DNA from: an uncultured delta proteobacterium | GTDB lineage: Bacteria > Myxococcota > UBA727 > VGSZ01 | Assembly (NCBI GenBank): GCA_963775425.1 | Contig: CAVZJB010000005.1 | Span: 96,001 to 160,000 of the forward strand | DNA: 64,000 bases | Direction: 5' to 3' | Shown here: in pieces, positions 1-9,980 of the stretch | How the letters are laid out: every line of letters begins with the position of its first letter | Numbering within the stretch: position 1 is the stretch's first letter | The notes under the pieces: generated by a model | The model's database searches: none | Told to the model about the DNA's origin: nothing | The model's input: the letters and a program-made list of their open reading frames with translations, nothing else | Program-made: the position numbers and the translations under genes

Positions 1-1
1 C

Positions 2-472
2 GGAAAAGGGGTGCGGGTCGCGTTCGTGCCACCCGTGTTCCTGAGCGCGTTCTACGCGCCACCCACCCGGGCCGGGCTCGACTTCCTCTTCGATTGCGAG
101 CGCGAGTGGGTCGCGGACCTGCCGCACTTCTGCGCCATCGCGTTCGTCGACCTGCGCGTGGGCAAGGAGATGCCGTCGGACGCGCGGGCGCGCGCCAAGG
201 AGATCACCGAGCAGTTCGGCGATCGCATGCTCTGCACCATCACCGTCGTCGAGGGGACGGGCTTCTTCCCCGCGCTCGTGCGCAGCGTGCTCGCGGGCAT
301 CCAGCTCCTGTCGCGCTCGTCGTCGGCGATGTACGTCACGCCCAACCTCGAGGACGCGCTCGAGCGCGTCCACGCCGTCGCCGCCCCCCGCGGCCTCGTC
401 ATCGATGACGCGGCCGTCGCCGCGGCCGCCGCGCGCATGCTCGCCGCGCCGGCCTCCACCCGCACCGCGTGA
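2..472 (+). CDS. Hypothetical protein, STAS/SpoIIAA-like small alpha/beta protein (probably 5'-truncated by the window edge)
   Basis: Frame is open from the window start. The pattern FVDLR...MPSDARARAKE...ITVVEGTGFFPALVRSVLAGI...LEDAL resembles myxobacterial STAS/SEC14-like proteins. Confidence 0.55.
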   Translation, partial: GKGVRVAFVPPVFLSAFYAPPTRAGLDFLFDCEREWVADLPHFCAIAFVDLRVGKEMPSDARARAKEITEQFGDRMLCTITVVEGTGFFPALVRSVLAGIQLLSRSSSAMYVTPNLEDALERVHAVAAPRGLVIDDAAVAAAAARMLAAPASTRTA

Positions 473-481
473 GGCCGCGGC

Positions 482-1597
482 TCACTTCGGCGGCACCAGC
501 ACCACGCGCTCGAACAGCCCGTCGACGGAGCGGACGTCGGCGCGCGCGTCCGTGGCGGCGCCCGCCGCGGTGAGGCCGGCGCCGGCGCCGGCCCAGATGG
601 CGCCGGCGAGCAGGTGGCGCGCGTCGAGGGGCGCCGCGGTGACGGTGCTCAGGCTCTTTTGCACCATGCCCGTGCCGTCGCGGATGGACTGCGAGCGGAA
701 CGCGGAGCGCGAGCGCAGGAGCTCCTCGAAGGGGCGGCCGTGCACGGTGGTGGCCTGCGCCGTCGACGACCACACCACGAGGCCCGCGCGCCGGGACAGC
801 GGCGTGCGGGCGACGCCGCCGAGGGACGCGCGCACGCCGATGCGGCCGAGGCGGATGACGGCGGCGTCGGCGTCGGCGACGGCGTCGGCGACGCCGGCGG
901 GCGCGGGGTGGGTCGAGGGGACGATGAGCGCGCGCTCGCCGTTTTCGCCGTCGGCGCGGACGGTGGGGCCGTCGCCGTCGAGGGCGAGCGCGGCGTCGTC
1001 GGCGAGGACGGCGCGCTCGACGTCGCCGGCGCGGTCGCCGGCGGCGGAGCGGAGGTCGGCGCGCGCGCGGGCGAGATCGGCGTCGCCGGCGTGGGTGGCG
1101 ACGAGGCAGCGCAACGTGAGCGCGTGGACGAGGACGGCGTCGCTGGTGTCGGCGCGCGAGGCCTTCACGTCGAAGAACGCCGCCTGGTGCAGCGCGGGGA
1201 GCGCGAGATCGCAGCGGCTGCGCTCGATGTCGAGGGCGGCGAGCAGCGCCTCGGCGAGCACGCGCTCATGCGGCCGGCCGCGGTAGGGCTTGTCGGCGTC
1301 GGAGGCGAAGGCCTCTTCGAGGGCGGGGCCGCCGACGAGCGGCGCGTCGACGGTGAGGTCGTCGAGGCGGGCGGCGGCGCGCTCGAGGCCCCAGCGGGCC
1401 TTGGTGTGGTTTCCGGCGCGAAGCGCGGCGAAGCCACGGTCGAGCGCGTCGAGCACGTCGTCCCCCGTGGACGCCGCCGCGGAGGCGGGCGCGGCGAGCG
1501 CGAGGGCGGTCCCCAGGAGCGCGGCGCCGGCGAGCGTGGTGCGGGCCGGGCCGCGACCCGGCGGCGTGCGTAGCGCGGTCGACGCGAAGGCGCGCAC
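482..1597 (-). CDS. COG3014-like TPR-type exported protein
   Basis: Signal peptide, helical repeats and motif YRGRPHERVLA. Last gene of an operon with LpoB- and YcfL-like genes, the usual COG3014 context. Confidence 0.6.
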   Translation of the reverse strand: MRAFASTALRTPPGRGPARTTLAGAALLGTALALAAPASAAASTGDDVLDALDRGFAALRAGNHTKARWGLERAAARLDDLTVDAPLVGGPALEEAFASDADKPYRGRPHERVLAEALLAALDIERSRCDLALPALHQAAFFDVKASRADTSDAVLVHALTLRCLVATHAGDADLARARADLRSAAGDRAGDVERAVLADDAALALDGDGPTVRADGENGERALIVPSTHPAPAGVADAVADADAAVIRLGRIGVRASLGGVARTPLSRRAGLVVWSSTAQATTVHGRPFEELLRSRSAFRSQSIRDGTGMVQKSLSTVTAAPLDARHLLAGAIWAGAGAGLTAAGAATDARADVRSVDGLFERVVLVPPK

Positions 1598-1600
1598 GGC

Positions 1601-2017
1601 TCAGCCCCGGGCGCGCAGGCGGATGACGAGCTTCTCGCCGTCGTCGACGTCCTGCCACAGCGTCAGCACGCTCTGCTGCCGCGGCGCGAGCGCCACGTCG
1701 TGGAAGCCGCTGCGGTCGGTGCGGGCGCCGGCCGCGCTGAAGGTCTCGAGCTGCACCTGCACCGCCACGGCCTCGAGCGTGTGGTTTTCGAGCGTCACCT
1801 CGATGGGGCCGCCGTGGACGTCGACGCGGGCGACGCCGACCTCCGAGCAGATCTGCCCCTCGCCGCACTCCACGCGGCCCCACGGGTACTCCTGCACCGT
1901 CTTCGGATCGAGCGCGTTTTCGGCGGCGATGCGCGCGTCCTTGGCGACGACGCAGCCGGTGCCGGCGGCGGCGAGGAGGGCGGCCGCGACCGCGGCGAGG
2001 GCGACGAGGGCTTTCAT
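1601..2017 (-). CDS. YcfL/DUF1425-like lipoprotein
   Basis: ATG at 2017 with GGAG RBS, lipobox AAAGTGC, Ig-like beta pattern (VTLENHT..VQVQLETFSAAG...LAPRQQSVL). Confidence 0.6.
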   Translation of the reverse strand: MKALVALAAVAAALLAAAGTGCVVAKDARIAAENALDPKTVQEYPWGRVECGEGQICSEVGVARVDVHGGPIEVTLENHTLEAVAVQVQLETFSAAGARTDRSGFHDVALAPRQQSVLTLWQDVDDGEKLVIRLRARG

Positions 2018-2033
2018 CGGTAGCTCCTGCAGA

Positions 2034-2597
2034 TCACTGGTAGATGACGTCGACGTCGCTCTTGCGCTTGGTCTCGAACATGCCGGACCAGAGCACCTCG
2101 CCGTCACCGGGGCGGCGCAGCGTGAACGCGTATTGGACGTAGTCGCTCGTCGTGGGGCCGTTGTCCTTGGTCAGCGAGCGGACCTGCGTGTACAGCGCCA
2201 TGTCGCCGCGGCTGTCGGCGGGGACGCCGTCGAGGCTGACGATGTGGAACGTGCCGCGGGAGCGCTCGACGAGGTCCTGCACCAGGCGGTTTTGCAGGAG
2301 CAGCGGATCCACGCGGAAGCGGGACAGGTTCTGCACCGGCATCACGACGATGCGGACGTCGGCTCTGTGCAGCGCGCGGATGCCGCGGGCGATCTGCTCG
2401 CTGGCGCCCCGGATGTCACCGCTCTCGACGCCCGTCCCGCCGAGGTCGTCGTCGGCGTCCGGGTCGAGCTGGACGGTGCGGCCCTGGGCGCTCTGGAGCG
2501 CGCAGGCGGGCGCCCCGACGGCGAAGCACAAAAGGACGAGCGCGCAGACGGTGAGCAGAAACGCGCGCTGAAGGACGTCGACGACGTCACGGACCAT
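2034..2597 (-). CDS. lpoB: Penicillin-binding protein activator LpoB-like lipoprotein
   Basis: Lipoprotein signal. Motifs LGGTGVESGDI, VQNLSRFRVD and YVQYAFTL...GEVLWS are typical of the LpoB/CsgG-like fold. Confidence 0.6.
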   Translation of the reverse strand: MVRDVVDVLQRAFLLTVCALVLLCFAVGAPACALQSAQGRTVQLDPDADDDLGGTGVESGDIRGASEQIARGIRALHRADVRIVVMPVQNLSRFRVDPLLLQNRLVQDLVERSRGTFHIVSLDGVPADSRGDMALYTQVRSLTKDNGPTTSDYVQYAFTLRRPGDGEVLWSGMFETKRKSDVDVIYQ

Positions 2598-2853
2598 GGC
2601 GAGCTCCAGGAAAGTCAGCGCTCCGACGCCACCCGGTGGCGACCTATTCGCACCTCGCCGTGTCCGACATCACCCTTCCGGGCGCGGAACATCAAAACCG
2701 GGGTCCGCGGGGGTCCGCATCGGATATTGGGGGCTGCCGCTTGTCGTCGTGGCGGACGTGGTGGTACCAACGAGCGTCAAATCCTTCGCATCCCAGGATG
2801 CGCGCGGCGCTCCGACCGAAGGGAAGGCGCGCAGCGGAATTTCGGAGGGCCCC

Positions 2854-4377
2854 ATGCAGGGGGACATCATCGGCATCGACCTCGGCACGACCAACTCGTG
2901 CGCTGCCATCGTCGAGGACGACGGGAACGTGAAGATCATCCCCTACCGGGGGGGTGAGACCACCATTCCGTCCATCTTCGCCATCGACGACAAGGGCAAC
3001 GAGCTCGTCGGCTACGAGGCCAAGCGCCAGTGGCTGCTCAACCCGCGGCGCACCGTCTACGGCGCCAAGCGCCTGGTGGGCCGCGACTACCAGGAGGGCT
3101 TCGTCAAGAAGATGGGCGAGTACTTCGCCTACGACATGAAGCCCGGCGGCGAGGGCAACGTCGAGATCGGCCTCGGCGACAAGCACTTCAACCTTCAGCA
3201 GGTCTCCTCGAAGATCCTGAACGTGGTGCGCACGGTGGCGTCGGACTACCTGAAGCGCCCCATCATGCGCGCCGTCGTCACGGTGCCCGCCTACTTCAAC
3301 GATCGCCAGCGCCAGGCCGTCAAGGAGGCCGGCGACATCATCGGCCTCGAGGTCGTGCGCATCATCAACGAGCCCACCGCCGCCGCCATGGCGTACGGCA
3401 TCCGGCGCAACCTCAACCAGACCGTCGCCATCTACGACCTCGGCGGCGGCACGTTCGACATGAGCGTCATCGACATCCGCGGCCGCACCTTCGAGGTGCG
3501 CGCCACGGGCGGCGACATCTTCCTCGGCGGCATCGACTGGGACAACGCGCTCATCCAGCACGTCATCACCGACTTCCAGCAGAAGCACGGCATCGATCTG
3601 TCCACGGATCCGATCGCCATGCAGCGCATCAAGGACCTCGCCGAGCGCACCAAGATCGATCTGTCGTCGAGGACGGAGGCGCCGTTCTCCATCCCGTTCG
3701 TGACCATGACCCCCGAGGGCACGCCCCTCGACATCAACATGGTCATCACGCGCAAGGTCTTCGAGGAGCTCACCGAGCCGCTCGTCAAGCGCACCATCGA
3801 GATCGCCGACATGGTGATCAAGGACGCCGGCATCCAGGTGCACCAGCTCGACGAGATCCTCCTCGTCGGTGGCCAGACCCGCTGGCCGGCGGTGCAGCGC
3901 TCGGTGCTCGAGTACTTCGGCAAGCCGCCCGCCAAGAGCGTGCACCCCGACGAGGCGGTGGCGGTGGGGGCGGCGCTGTACGCGCACTCCCTCGAGACCG
4001 ACGTCGTCGACCAGAAGGTGCAGCTCCTCGACGTCATCCCGATGGCCATCGGCATCGAGCGCGCCGACGGCGACATCCACGAGATCTTCAAGCGCAACGC
4101 CAGCGTGCCCAACCAGAAGTCGCTGACGTTCACGACGAGCTACGACGACCAGGCCGAGCTCACGATGCGCATCTACCAAGGCGGCCAGACGGAAGCGAAG
4201 AAGAACGAGCTCCTCGGGGAGTTCGAGTTCTCCGGCATCCGCCGCGGGCCCAAGGGCTCCGTGAAGGTCGAGGTCGTCTTCGACTGCAACGTCGAGGGCA
4301 TCCTCACCATGTCCGCCCACGACAAAGACACGGGCAAGGACATGAAGACCACGGTCAAGGTCCGCGGCGCGGCTTGA
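2854..4377 (+). CDS. Hsp70/DnaK family paralog lacking the C-terminal helical lid
   Basis: GIDLGTTNS, TVPAYFND, RIINEPTAAA, DLGGGTFD, LVGGQTR and PDEAVA motifs. ATG 2854 follows GGAGG. The protein ends right after the beta substrate-binding domain. Confidence 0.92.
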   Translation: MQGDIIGIDLGTTNSCAAIVEDDGNVKIIPYRGGETTIPSIFAIDDKGNELVGYEAKRQWLLNPRRTVYGAKRLVGRDYQEGFVKKMGEYFAYDMKPGGEGNVEIGLGDKHFNLQQVSSKILNVVRTVASDYLKRPIMRAVVTVPAYFNDRQRQAVKEAGDIIGLEVVRIINEPTAAAMAYGIRRNLNQTVAIYDLGGGTFDMSVIDIRGRTFEVRATGGDIFLGGIDWDNALIQHVITDFQQKHGIDLSTDPIAMQRIKDLAERTKIDLSSRTEAPFSIPFVTMTPEGTPLDINMVITRKVFEELTEPLVKRTIEIADMVIKDAGIQVHQLDEILLVGGQTRWPAVQRSVLEYFGKPPAKSVHPDEAVAVGAALYAHSLETDVVDQKVQLLDVIPMAIGIERADGDIHEIFKRNASVPNQKSLTFTTSYDDQAELTMRIYQGGQTEAKKNELLGEFEFSGIRRGPKGSVKVEVVFDCNVEGILTMSAHDKDTGKDMKTTVKVRGAA

Positions 4378-4387
4378 TTCTGTTCGC

Positions 4388-4581
4388 TGATTTTGTTCGC
4401 TCACGCTCACGAACAGCCGCGCCCTCCGGGCGCCCGGAGCTGATTTTGTTCGCTCACGCTCACGAACAGCCGCGCCCTCCGGGCGCCCGGAGCGGCGGAG
4501 GCAGCATCCGAAGGCGCTTGGGGCGCTCGGGCGGGTGAAGACGTCGCCGGGCGCCTTCGGTGGCTGCCTCCGCCGCGCTCC
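4388..4581. repeat. Intergenic 53-bp tandem duplication plus long imperfect inverted repeat (REP-like)
   Basis: TGATTTTGTTCGCTCACGCTCACGAACAGCCGCGCCCTCCGGGCGCCCGGAGC at 4388-4440 and 4441-4493. GGAGCGGCGGAGGCAGC..CCGAAGGCGC (4489-4517) pairs with 4551-4581. Confidence 0.85.
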
Positions 4582-4656
4582 TTTTGGGGCTTGGCGTCGT
4601 CGATTGCATGAGCGCGCAGGCCGAGACTTGATCGCCGCGGCGCTCCTTGGCCCCCC

Positions 4657-6543
4657 TCAGCGGTGGTGGCCTCGGGGGTGCGCGGGCGCCGGGGCCGCCT
4701 TCGACGAGCTCTTGCCCTTCGACTTGCCCTTCGACTTGCTCTTGGACTTGCCGTCGGACTTGCCGTCGGAAGGCGCGGGCTGGCCGGGAACGCCGACGGC
4801 CGGGCCGTAGGACGGGGCGCGCGCGGCGCCGCCGTAGGACGGGGCGCGCGTCGCGCCCCCATACGCTGGGGCGCGCGTGGCGCCGCCATAGGGCGAAGGC
4901 GCGTAGGGGCTGCCTCCCGGGCTCGGCTGGCGCCCGAAGTCGGGCTGGCGGCCCGGGGACCCATACGGCGCCGTCGCAGGCCCCCGGTCGGCGCCAGGCG
5001 CACGGTACGGGCTCGGGTACGGCGACGGGCCGTAGGGGTTGCGGTCCGGCCCGGGCGTCACCGGGCTGCGGTCGGGCACGCCGGGGTGGATGCCGTGGAC
5101 GAGGTCGGGGTCGATGGGCTGGTCGTCGCGCGGACGGACCACCTCGCCGTGGCCATACGGGCCGGCGTCCCCGCCAGCGGTGCCGCCCACGTCGCGGCCC
5201 GGCGTGTACGGGACCGGCGCCGGCTGCGCGTCGTCGCGCGAGCCCTGGAAGCGCCCGTTGCCATAGTCGCCGCGCGGCGTGATCGGGCGCGCGTTGTCGT
5301 CGACGACGCCGCGGCCCGTGTCGCCGCGCGTGTGCGGCACGCCGTGGCTGTTCACCACGCCGTCGGCGGGGTCCTCGCGCGGCGTGATGTCCACGGCGCG
5401 GCCCGGCGCGTTCGGGTCCAGGTCGTCGAGGCCGCTCGGACGCCCGCCACGCAGGTCGCGCGGAGGCGTGCGGCCGCTGTCGCCATAGCTGCCGACGTCG
5501 CCGCGCCCCCCCGCGCTGCCGTCGCTCGGCCTGCCGTCGCTCGGCCTGCCGTCGCTCGGCCTGCCGTCGCTCGGCCTGCCGTCGCTCGGGCGCCCACTGC
5601 TGCTGCCGTCGCTCGGGCGCCCGCTGCTGCCGCCGTCGTAGCCACCCCTGCCGTCGGAGGGCTGCCCGTCGCCCGGCCGGGGACGAGAGGTGCCGTCGGG
5701 GGCGCCGCTGTCGTGGCGGCCGCCGTCGTTGGCGCCACCGTCGTGGCCGGGCCGCGGGCGCGCGGTGCCCGAGGGCGGACGCGTCACGGGGTGGTCGCGG
5801 TCGGCGTCGCGCGCGGGGCGGTGGATGACGTGGCCGCCGTGGCTCACGACCTCGTGCTCGTCGGGGCCGCGGTAATAGCGCCGCCCGTGCACGTAGACGA
5901 CGTCACGCGAGGGGTACGTCGACACGTAGCAGTGGTGGTAGCCGTCGCCGACGATGATGGCGCTGCCGATGTACGCCGCGCCGAGCGCCGAGTAGCTGAC
6001 GAACACCCACGACGTCTCGTAGACCGAGTACGCCCCGCCGAAGTCCGCGCCGGGCGGCAGCGGCGCCCAGCCGACGTAGCCGCCGCCGGTGCGCCAACTG
6101 ACCCAGGCGGGCGCCCAGACCGTGCCGGGCACCCAGACCCAGCCGTAGCTCGAGTCGTAGAACCAGCGCCCGTAGTGGCCCGTGGCCCAGCCGAAGGGCG
6201 CGTGGCTGACCCACGTCCAACCCCACTCGGAGTACTCCCAGTGCCCGTCGGTGTACGGCCGGAAGCCGGCGCCGACGATGGCGCGGTTCGGCACGAAGAC
6301 GCGGCCGTAGCCCGGATACGCGACCCAGCTCCCGTACGGCGACAGGGGCTCGTAGAAGTCCGCGGGGCTCGCGATGCCCGCGCTCTGCTCGTAGGGCATC
6401 GCGTCGGGGGTGGCGGCCGACGCGGGCGCCGGCGAGGAAACGTCGTTGCGGCGGTCGTCGTCGACGACGTAGACCGTGCGGGTGACGCAGGACGCTCCGG
6501 TGACGGCAAGGACGAGCGCGGCGACGAGGGGGGCGGTGCGCAT
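4657..6543 (-). CDS. DUF6600-like Trp/Tyr-rich lipoprotein with long disordered Gly/Pro/Asp/Arg tail
   Basis: Lipobox VTGASC. FYEPLSPYGSWV...RPYTDGHWEYSEWGWTWVS..PFGWATGHYGRW...WAPAWVSWR...GWAPLPP. Confidence 0.8.
   Translation of the reverse strand: MRTAPLVAALVLAVTGASCVTRTVYVVDDDRRNDVSSPAPASAATPDAMPYEQSAGIASPADFYEPLSPYGSWVAYPGYGRVFVPNRAIVGAGFRPYTDGHWEYSEWGWTWVSHAPFGWATGHYGRWFYDSSYGWVWVPGTVWAPAWVSWRTGGGYVGWAPLPPGADFGGAYSVYETSWVFVSYSALGAAYIGSAIIVGDGYHHCYVSTYPSRDVVYVHGRRYYRGPDEHEVVSHGGHVIHRPARDADRDHPVTRPPSGTARPRPGHDGGANDGGRHDSGAPDGTSRPRPGDGQPSDGRGGYDGGSSGRPSDGSSSGRPSDGRPSDGRPSDGRPSDGRPSDGSAGGRGDVGSYGDSGRTPPRDLRGGRPSGLDDLDPNAPGRAVDITPREDPADGVVNSHGVPHTRGDTGRGVVDDNARPITPRGDYGNGRFQGSRDDAQPAPVPYTPGRDVGGTAGGDAGPYGHGEVVRPRDDQPIDPDLVHGIHPGVPDRSPVTPGPDRNPYGPSPYPSPYRAPGADRGPATAPYGSPGRQPDFGRQPSPGGSPYAPSPYGGATRAPAYGGATRAPSYGGAARAPSYGPAVGVPGQPAPSDGKSDGKSKSKSKGKSKGKSSSKAAPAPAHPRGHHR
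5516..5589. repeat. 15-bp coding tandem repeat (GRPSD) x~5
   Basis: CTGCCGTCGCTCGGC repeated head-to-tail. Confidence 0.9.
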
Positions 6544-6654
6544 AGGGTCTCCATCCTGTGCGGCGTGCCCTCCCGATGGCGGGCGCGCTGCGCGCATCCC
6601 TGCGGATGCCATACCCATGGGACGGTCATTGTCCCACCTGGATTCATAGAACGG

Positions 6655-7932
6655 ATGACCCCGCCCCGCCGCTCCCGGCCCCCAGGATCACACGCGCCCC
6701 CGCGGCCGCGGCCGCATGGGGCCGGGGCCGGGCGCCGGGAGATCTTCCGCGCCCCATGGATCCCGGCCGTCGTCGCCGCGCTCGCCGTCGCCGGCTGCAA
6801 GCCGCAGGGGCCGGTGCGCGCCACCCACGTGCTCGACGCTGCCGGCCGCCGGCCGCTCACGGCCCCCCTGGCCCTGCCCGAGGTGCTCGACGTCGACCTC
6901 GCCGCGCCGTCGGGCGGGGGGCGCGCCCGGCTCGTCGGCGCGCGGCTGCCGGGGCACGCGCGGCCGGGGGAGGTGGTGGCGGGGGAGCTGTTGTTCCTCG
7001 TCGAGCACGCGCTCGCCGCGGGGGCGCCGCAGGTCTTCGTGCACGCCGCCGCGCCGGGCGCCGAGGTGAACCAGGGCGGCGCCGACCACGCGCCGCCGGC
7101 GCCCGCGTCGACGTGGCAGGCCGGCGATCTGGTGCACGACCGCTTCACGCTGCGAATCCCGGAGGGCATCGGCGTCGACGCGCTCGTCGTGTACGCCGGG
7201 CTCTACGAGGGCAAGGCGCGCTGGGCGACGGCGCCGAAACAGGACGGCGACCGCGTCGAGATCGGCCGCGTCCACATCGACGGCGCGCCGCCGCTCGTGG
7301 TGCACGCCGCCGTGCACCGGCGGACCGGCGAGATCGTCGTCGACGGCAAGCTCGACGAGCCCGACTGGCAGCAGGCCGCGGTGCTCGGGCCGTTCGTCGC
7401 GTGGGACGGAAAGAGCCCCATCACGCGGCCGACGACGGCGAAGCTGTTGTGGGACGCCGACAACCTCTACCTCGCGTTTCGCGGCGAGGACCCGGACGTG
7501 TTCACGCCCTACACCCACGACGACGACCCGCTGTACGACAGCGAGGCCGTCGAGATCTTCATCGACGCCGACGGCGACAAGGACGTCTACGTGGAGCTGC
7601 AGGCGGCTCCGAAGAACGACCTGCACTTCGACGCCGCCTTCGCCGGCGGCCGTCGCAAGAACATGGATCGCGGCTACCACGCCGGCTACGTCACAAAGAC
7701 CGTCGTCGACGACACGGGCTTCACGTCGGAGTGGCGCATCCCGGTGAAGGACCTCAAGGACATCCCCGCCGGCGAGCCGCGCGCCGGGGCCACATGGCAC
7801 GTGAACCTCTTTCGCCTCGAGCGCGTCCGCGAAGGCGGCAGGGTCGTGAAGAACGAGGCCTCTGCGTGGTCGACGCCGCTGTCGGGCGACTTCCACAACC
7901 TCGATCGCTTCGGGACCATCACGTTCGATTGA
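6655..7932 (+). CDS. Carbohydrate-binding family 9-like (CBM9/DOMON-like) lipoprotein
   Basis: IVVDGKLDEPDW, AKLLWDADNLYLAF, DDPLYDSEAVEIFID, SEWRIP, WHVNLFR and FHNLDRFG motifs, lipobox-like AVAGC. Start codon uncertain. Confidence 0.8.
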   Translation: MTPPRRSRPPGSHAPPRPRPHGAGAGRREIFRAPWIPAVVAALAVAGCKPQGPVRATHVLDAAGRRPLTAPLALPEVLDVDLAAPSGGGRARLVGARLPGHARPGEVVAGELLFLVEHALAAGAPQVFVHAAAPGAEVNQGGADHAPPAPASTWQAGDLVHDRFTLRIPEGIGVDALVVYAGLYEGKARWATAPKQDGDRVEIGRVHIDGAPPLVVHAAVHRRTGEIVVDGKLDEPDWQQAAVLGPFVAWDGKSPITRPTTAKLLWDADNLYLAFRGEDPDVFTPYTHDDDPLYDSEAVEIFIDADGDKDVYVELQAAPKNDLHFDAAFAGGRRKNMDRGYHAGYVTKTVVDDTGFTSEWRIPVKDLKDIPAGEPRAGATWHVNLFRLERVREGGRVVKNEASAWSTPLSGDFHNLDRFGTITFD

Positions 7933-7938
7933 GCGGGA

Positions 7939-8946
7939 TCAGTCCGCGTGCGCGCGGCTTCGGTACTTCGCCGGCACGTCGTCGACGCTCTTGACGATGT
8001 GGCCGACGCCGTCGTCGTCGGTGTAGACCCAGTACTGCGCCGCCGGCGCCGTCGTCGGGGGCGTCGACGCAGGCGGCGGCGGGGGCGTCGACGCAGGCGG
8101 CGGGGTCGTCGGGGTCGGGGTCGGCGGCGGGATCGTCGGCGTGATCGGGACGGTGATCGGCACGATGACGGGCCCCACCGGGTATCGCGGGACCGTCGTC
8201 GGGGGCGCCGGCGGCGCCGTCGTCGGGGGCGTCGTCGGCGCCGTCGTCGGGGGCGCCGGCGGGGGCGTCGTCGGCGCCGGTTCGTGCCCGCCGACGAGCT
8301 TGACGACGTCGCGGACGACGCCGCCGACCTTCACCGCGCCGAAGGCGGCGCCGGCGACGACGACGACGGCCGCGAGGCCGACGACCACCGCGGCGCCGGT
8401 CTCGAGGCTCGTGCGCGGCTTGAAGCGGTGCACCCTCGTGCCCGCGAGGTAGTCGTGGAGGCAGCGCCGCTCGGGGCCGAGGATGAAGAGGAGGTCGAGC
8501 ACGGCGATGAACGGCCCGACGTAGGGGATGATGCAGAACAGGCCGAACACCCATGAGCGCAGCACGAGCGCGCGCAGCAGGTGCGCCCGCGCCAGGGTCT
8601 CCGCGTGCACGATGCGCACGCCGAACATGCGCATGCCGATCGTCGCGCTGTCGAGCGCGAGCAGCGCCCACTGATAGAGCAACAGCAACACGAGCGCGAC
8701 GAGCCCGAGCACGACGAAGACGGTCCCGAACAGACCGAGCGCGCCGCCGGCGATCTTCTCGAGCGCCGCGTCCCGCGCCACCCCGACGCCCGCGAGGACG
8801 CCGCCGCCCAGGAGCGGCAACAGCCCGATGGCGAGGAGGACTCCCGGCACGCAGGCGAACACCAGGTCCACGCCGGCGGCCGCGGCGCGGGAGAAACGGG
8901 AGGCAGGTCCGAAGTCTTCGCCCACCGTGCTTGAAACGTGCGCCAC
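7939..8946 (-). CDS. RDD family membrane protein with Pro/Thr-rich linker and small C-terminal DUF4124-like domain
   Basis: RFSRAAAAGVD, TIGMRMFGVRIV and RRCLHDYLAGTRV motifs. C-terminus YWVYTDDDGVGHIVKSVDDVPAKYR. Confidence 0.8.
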   Translation of the reverse strand: MAHVSSTVGEDFGPASRFSRAAAAGVDLVFACVPGVLLAIGLLPLLGGGVLAGVGVARDAALEKIAGGALGLFGTVFVVLGLVALVLLLLYQWALLALDSATIGMRMFGVRIVHAETLARAHLLRALVLRSWVFGLFCIIPYVGPFIAVLDLLFILGPERRCLHDYLAGTRVHRFKPRTSLETGAAVVVGLAAVVVVAGAAFGAVKVGGVVRDVVKLVGGHEPAPTTPPPAPPTTAPTTPPTTAPPAPPTTVPRYPVGPVIVPITVPITPTIPPPTPTPTTPPPASTPPPPPASTPPTTAPAAQYWVYTDDDGVGHIVKSVDDVPAKYRSRAHAD

Positions 8947-9110
8947 GCTGAAAAGATCTCACAGACGGCGGGCGACGGCGTCGACGGGTGTAGGCCGGTC
9001 CCGTTTTGTCCGGCGCCCGCGCCGTCCCCGGTGGCGCCGCGCGCGTCCCCGGTGGCGCGCCGCGCGCGTCCCCGGGCCGATGCCGCCGACCGCGCCCTCG
9101 ACGGCGACGC

Positions 9111-9809
<699 letters not shown>

Positions 9810-9980
9810 CGAGGGGGACTCCTGTGGTGCGGATGTTGACCCGGCACGAGCCCGGGCGCGAAAGCGGTTGTGAGCCGGGGCACGCGTCCGGGCGCGCCGG
9901 TCGAAGGCGCGCCCGGAGCCGAACGGATCACCGAACCGATCAGCGAACGGATCGGCGAACGGACGGGACGGCCGCGCCGA

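Noticed and set aside
4388-4493. Possible CRISPR array
   Set aside because: Only two directly abutting 53-bp units, with no spacers and no cas genes in the window.
9023-9075. About 21-bp intergenic tandem repeat (CGTCCCCGGTGGCGCCGCGCG) x2.5
   Set aside because: Short, degenerate and almost all G/C, so most simply a slippage product.
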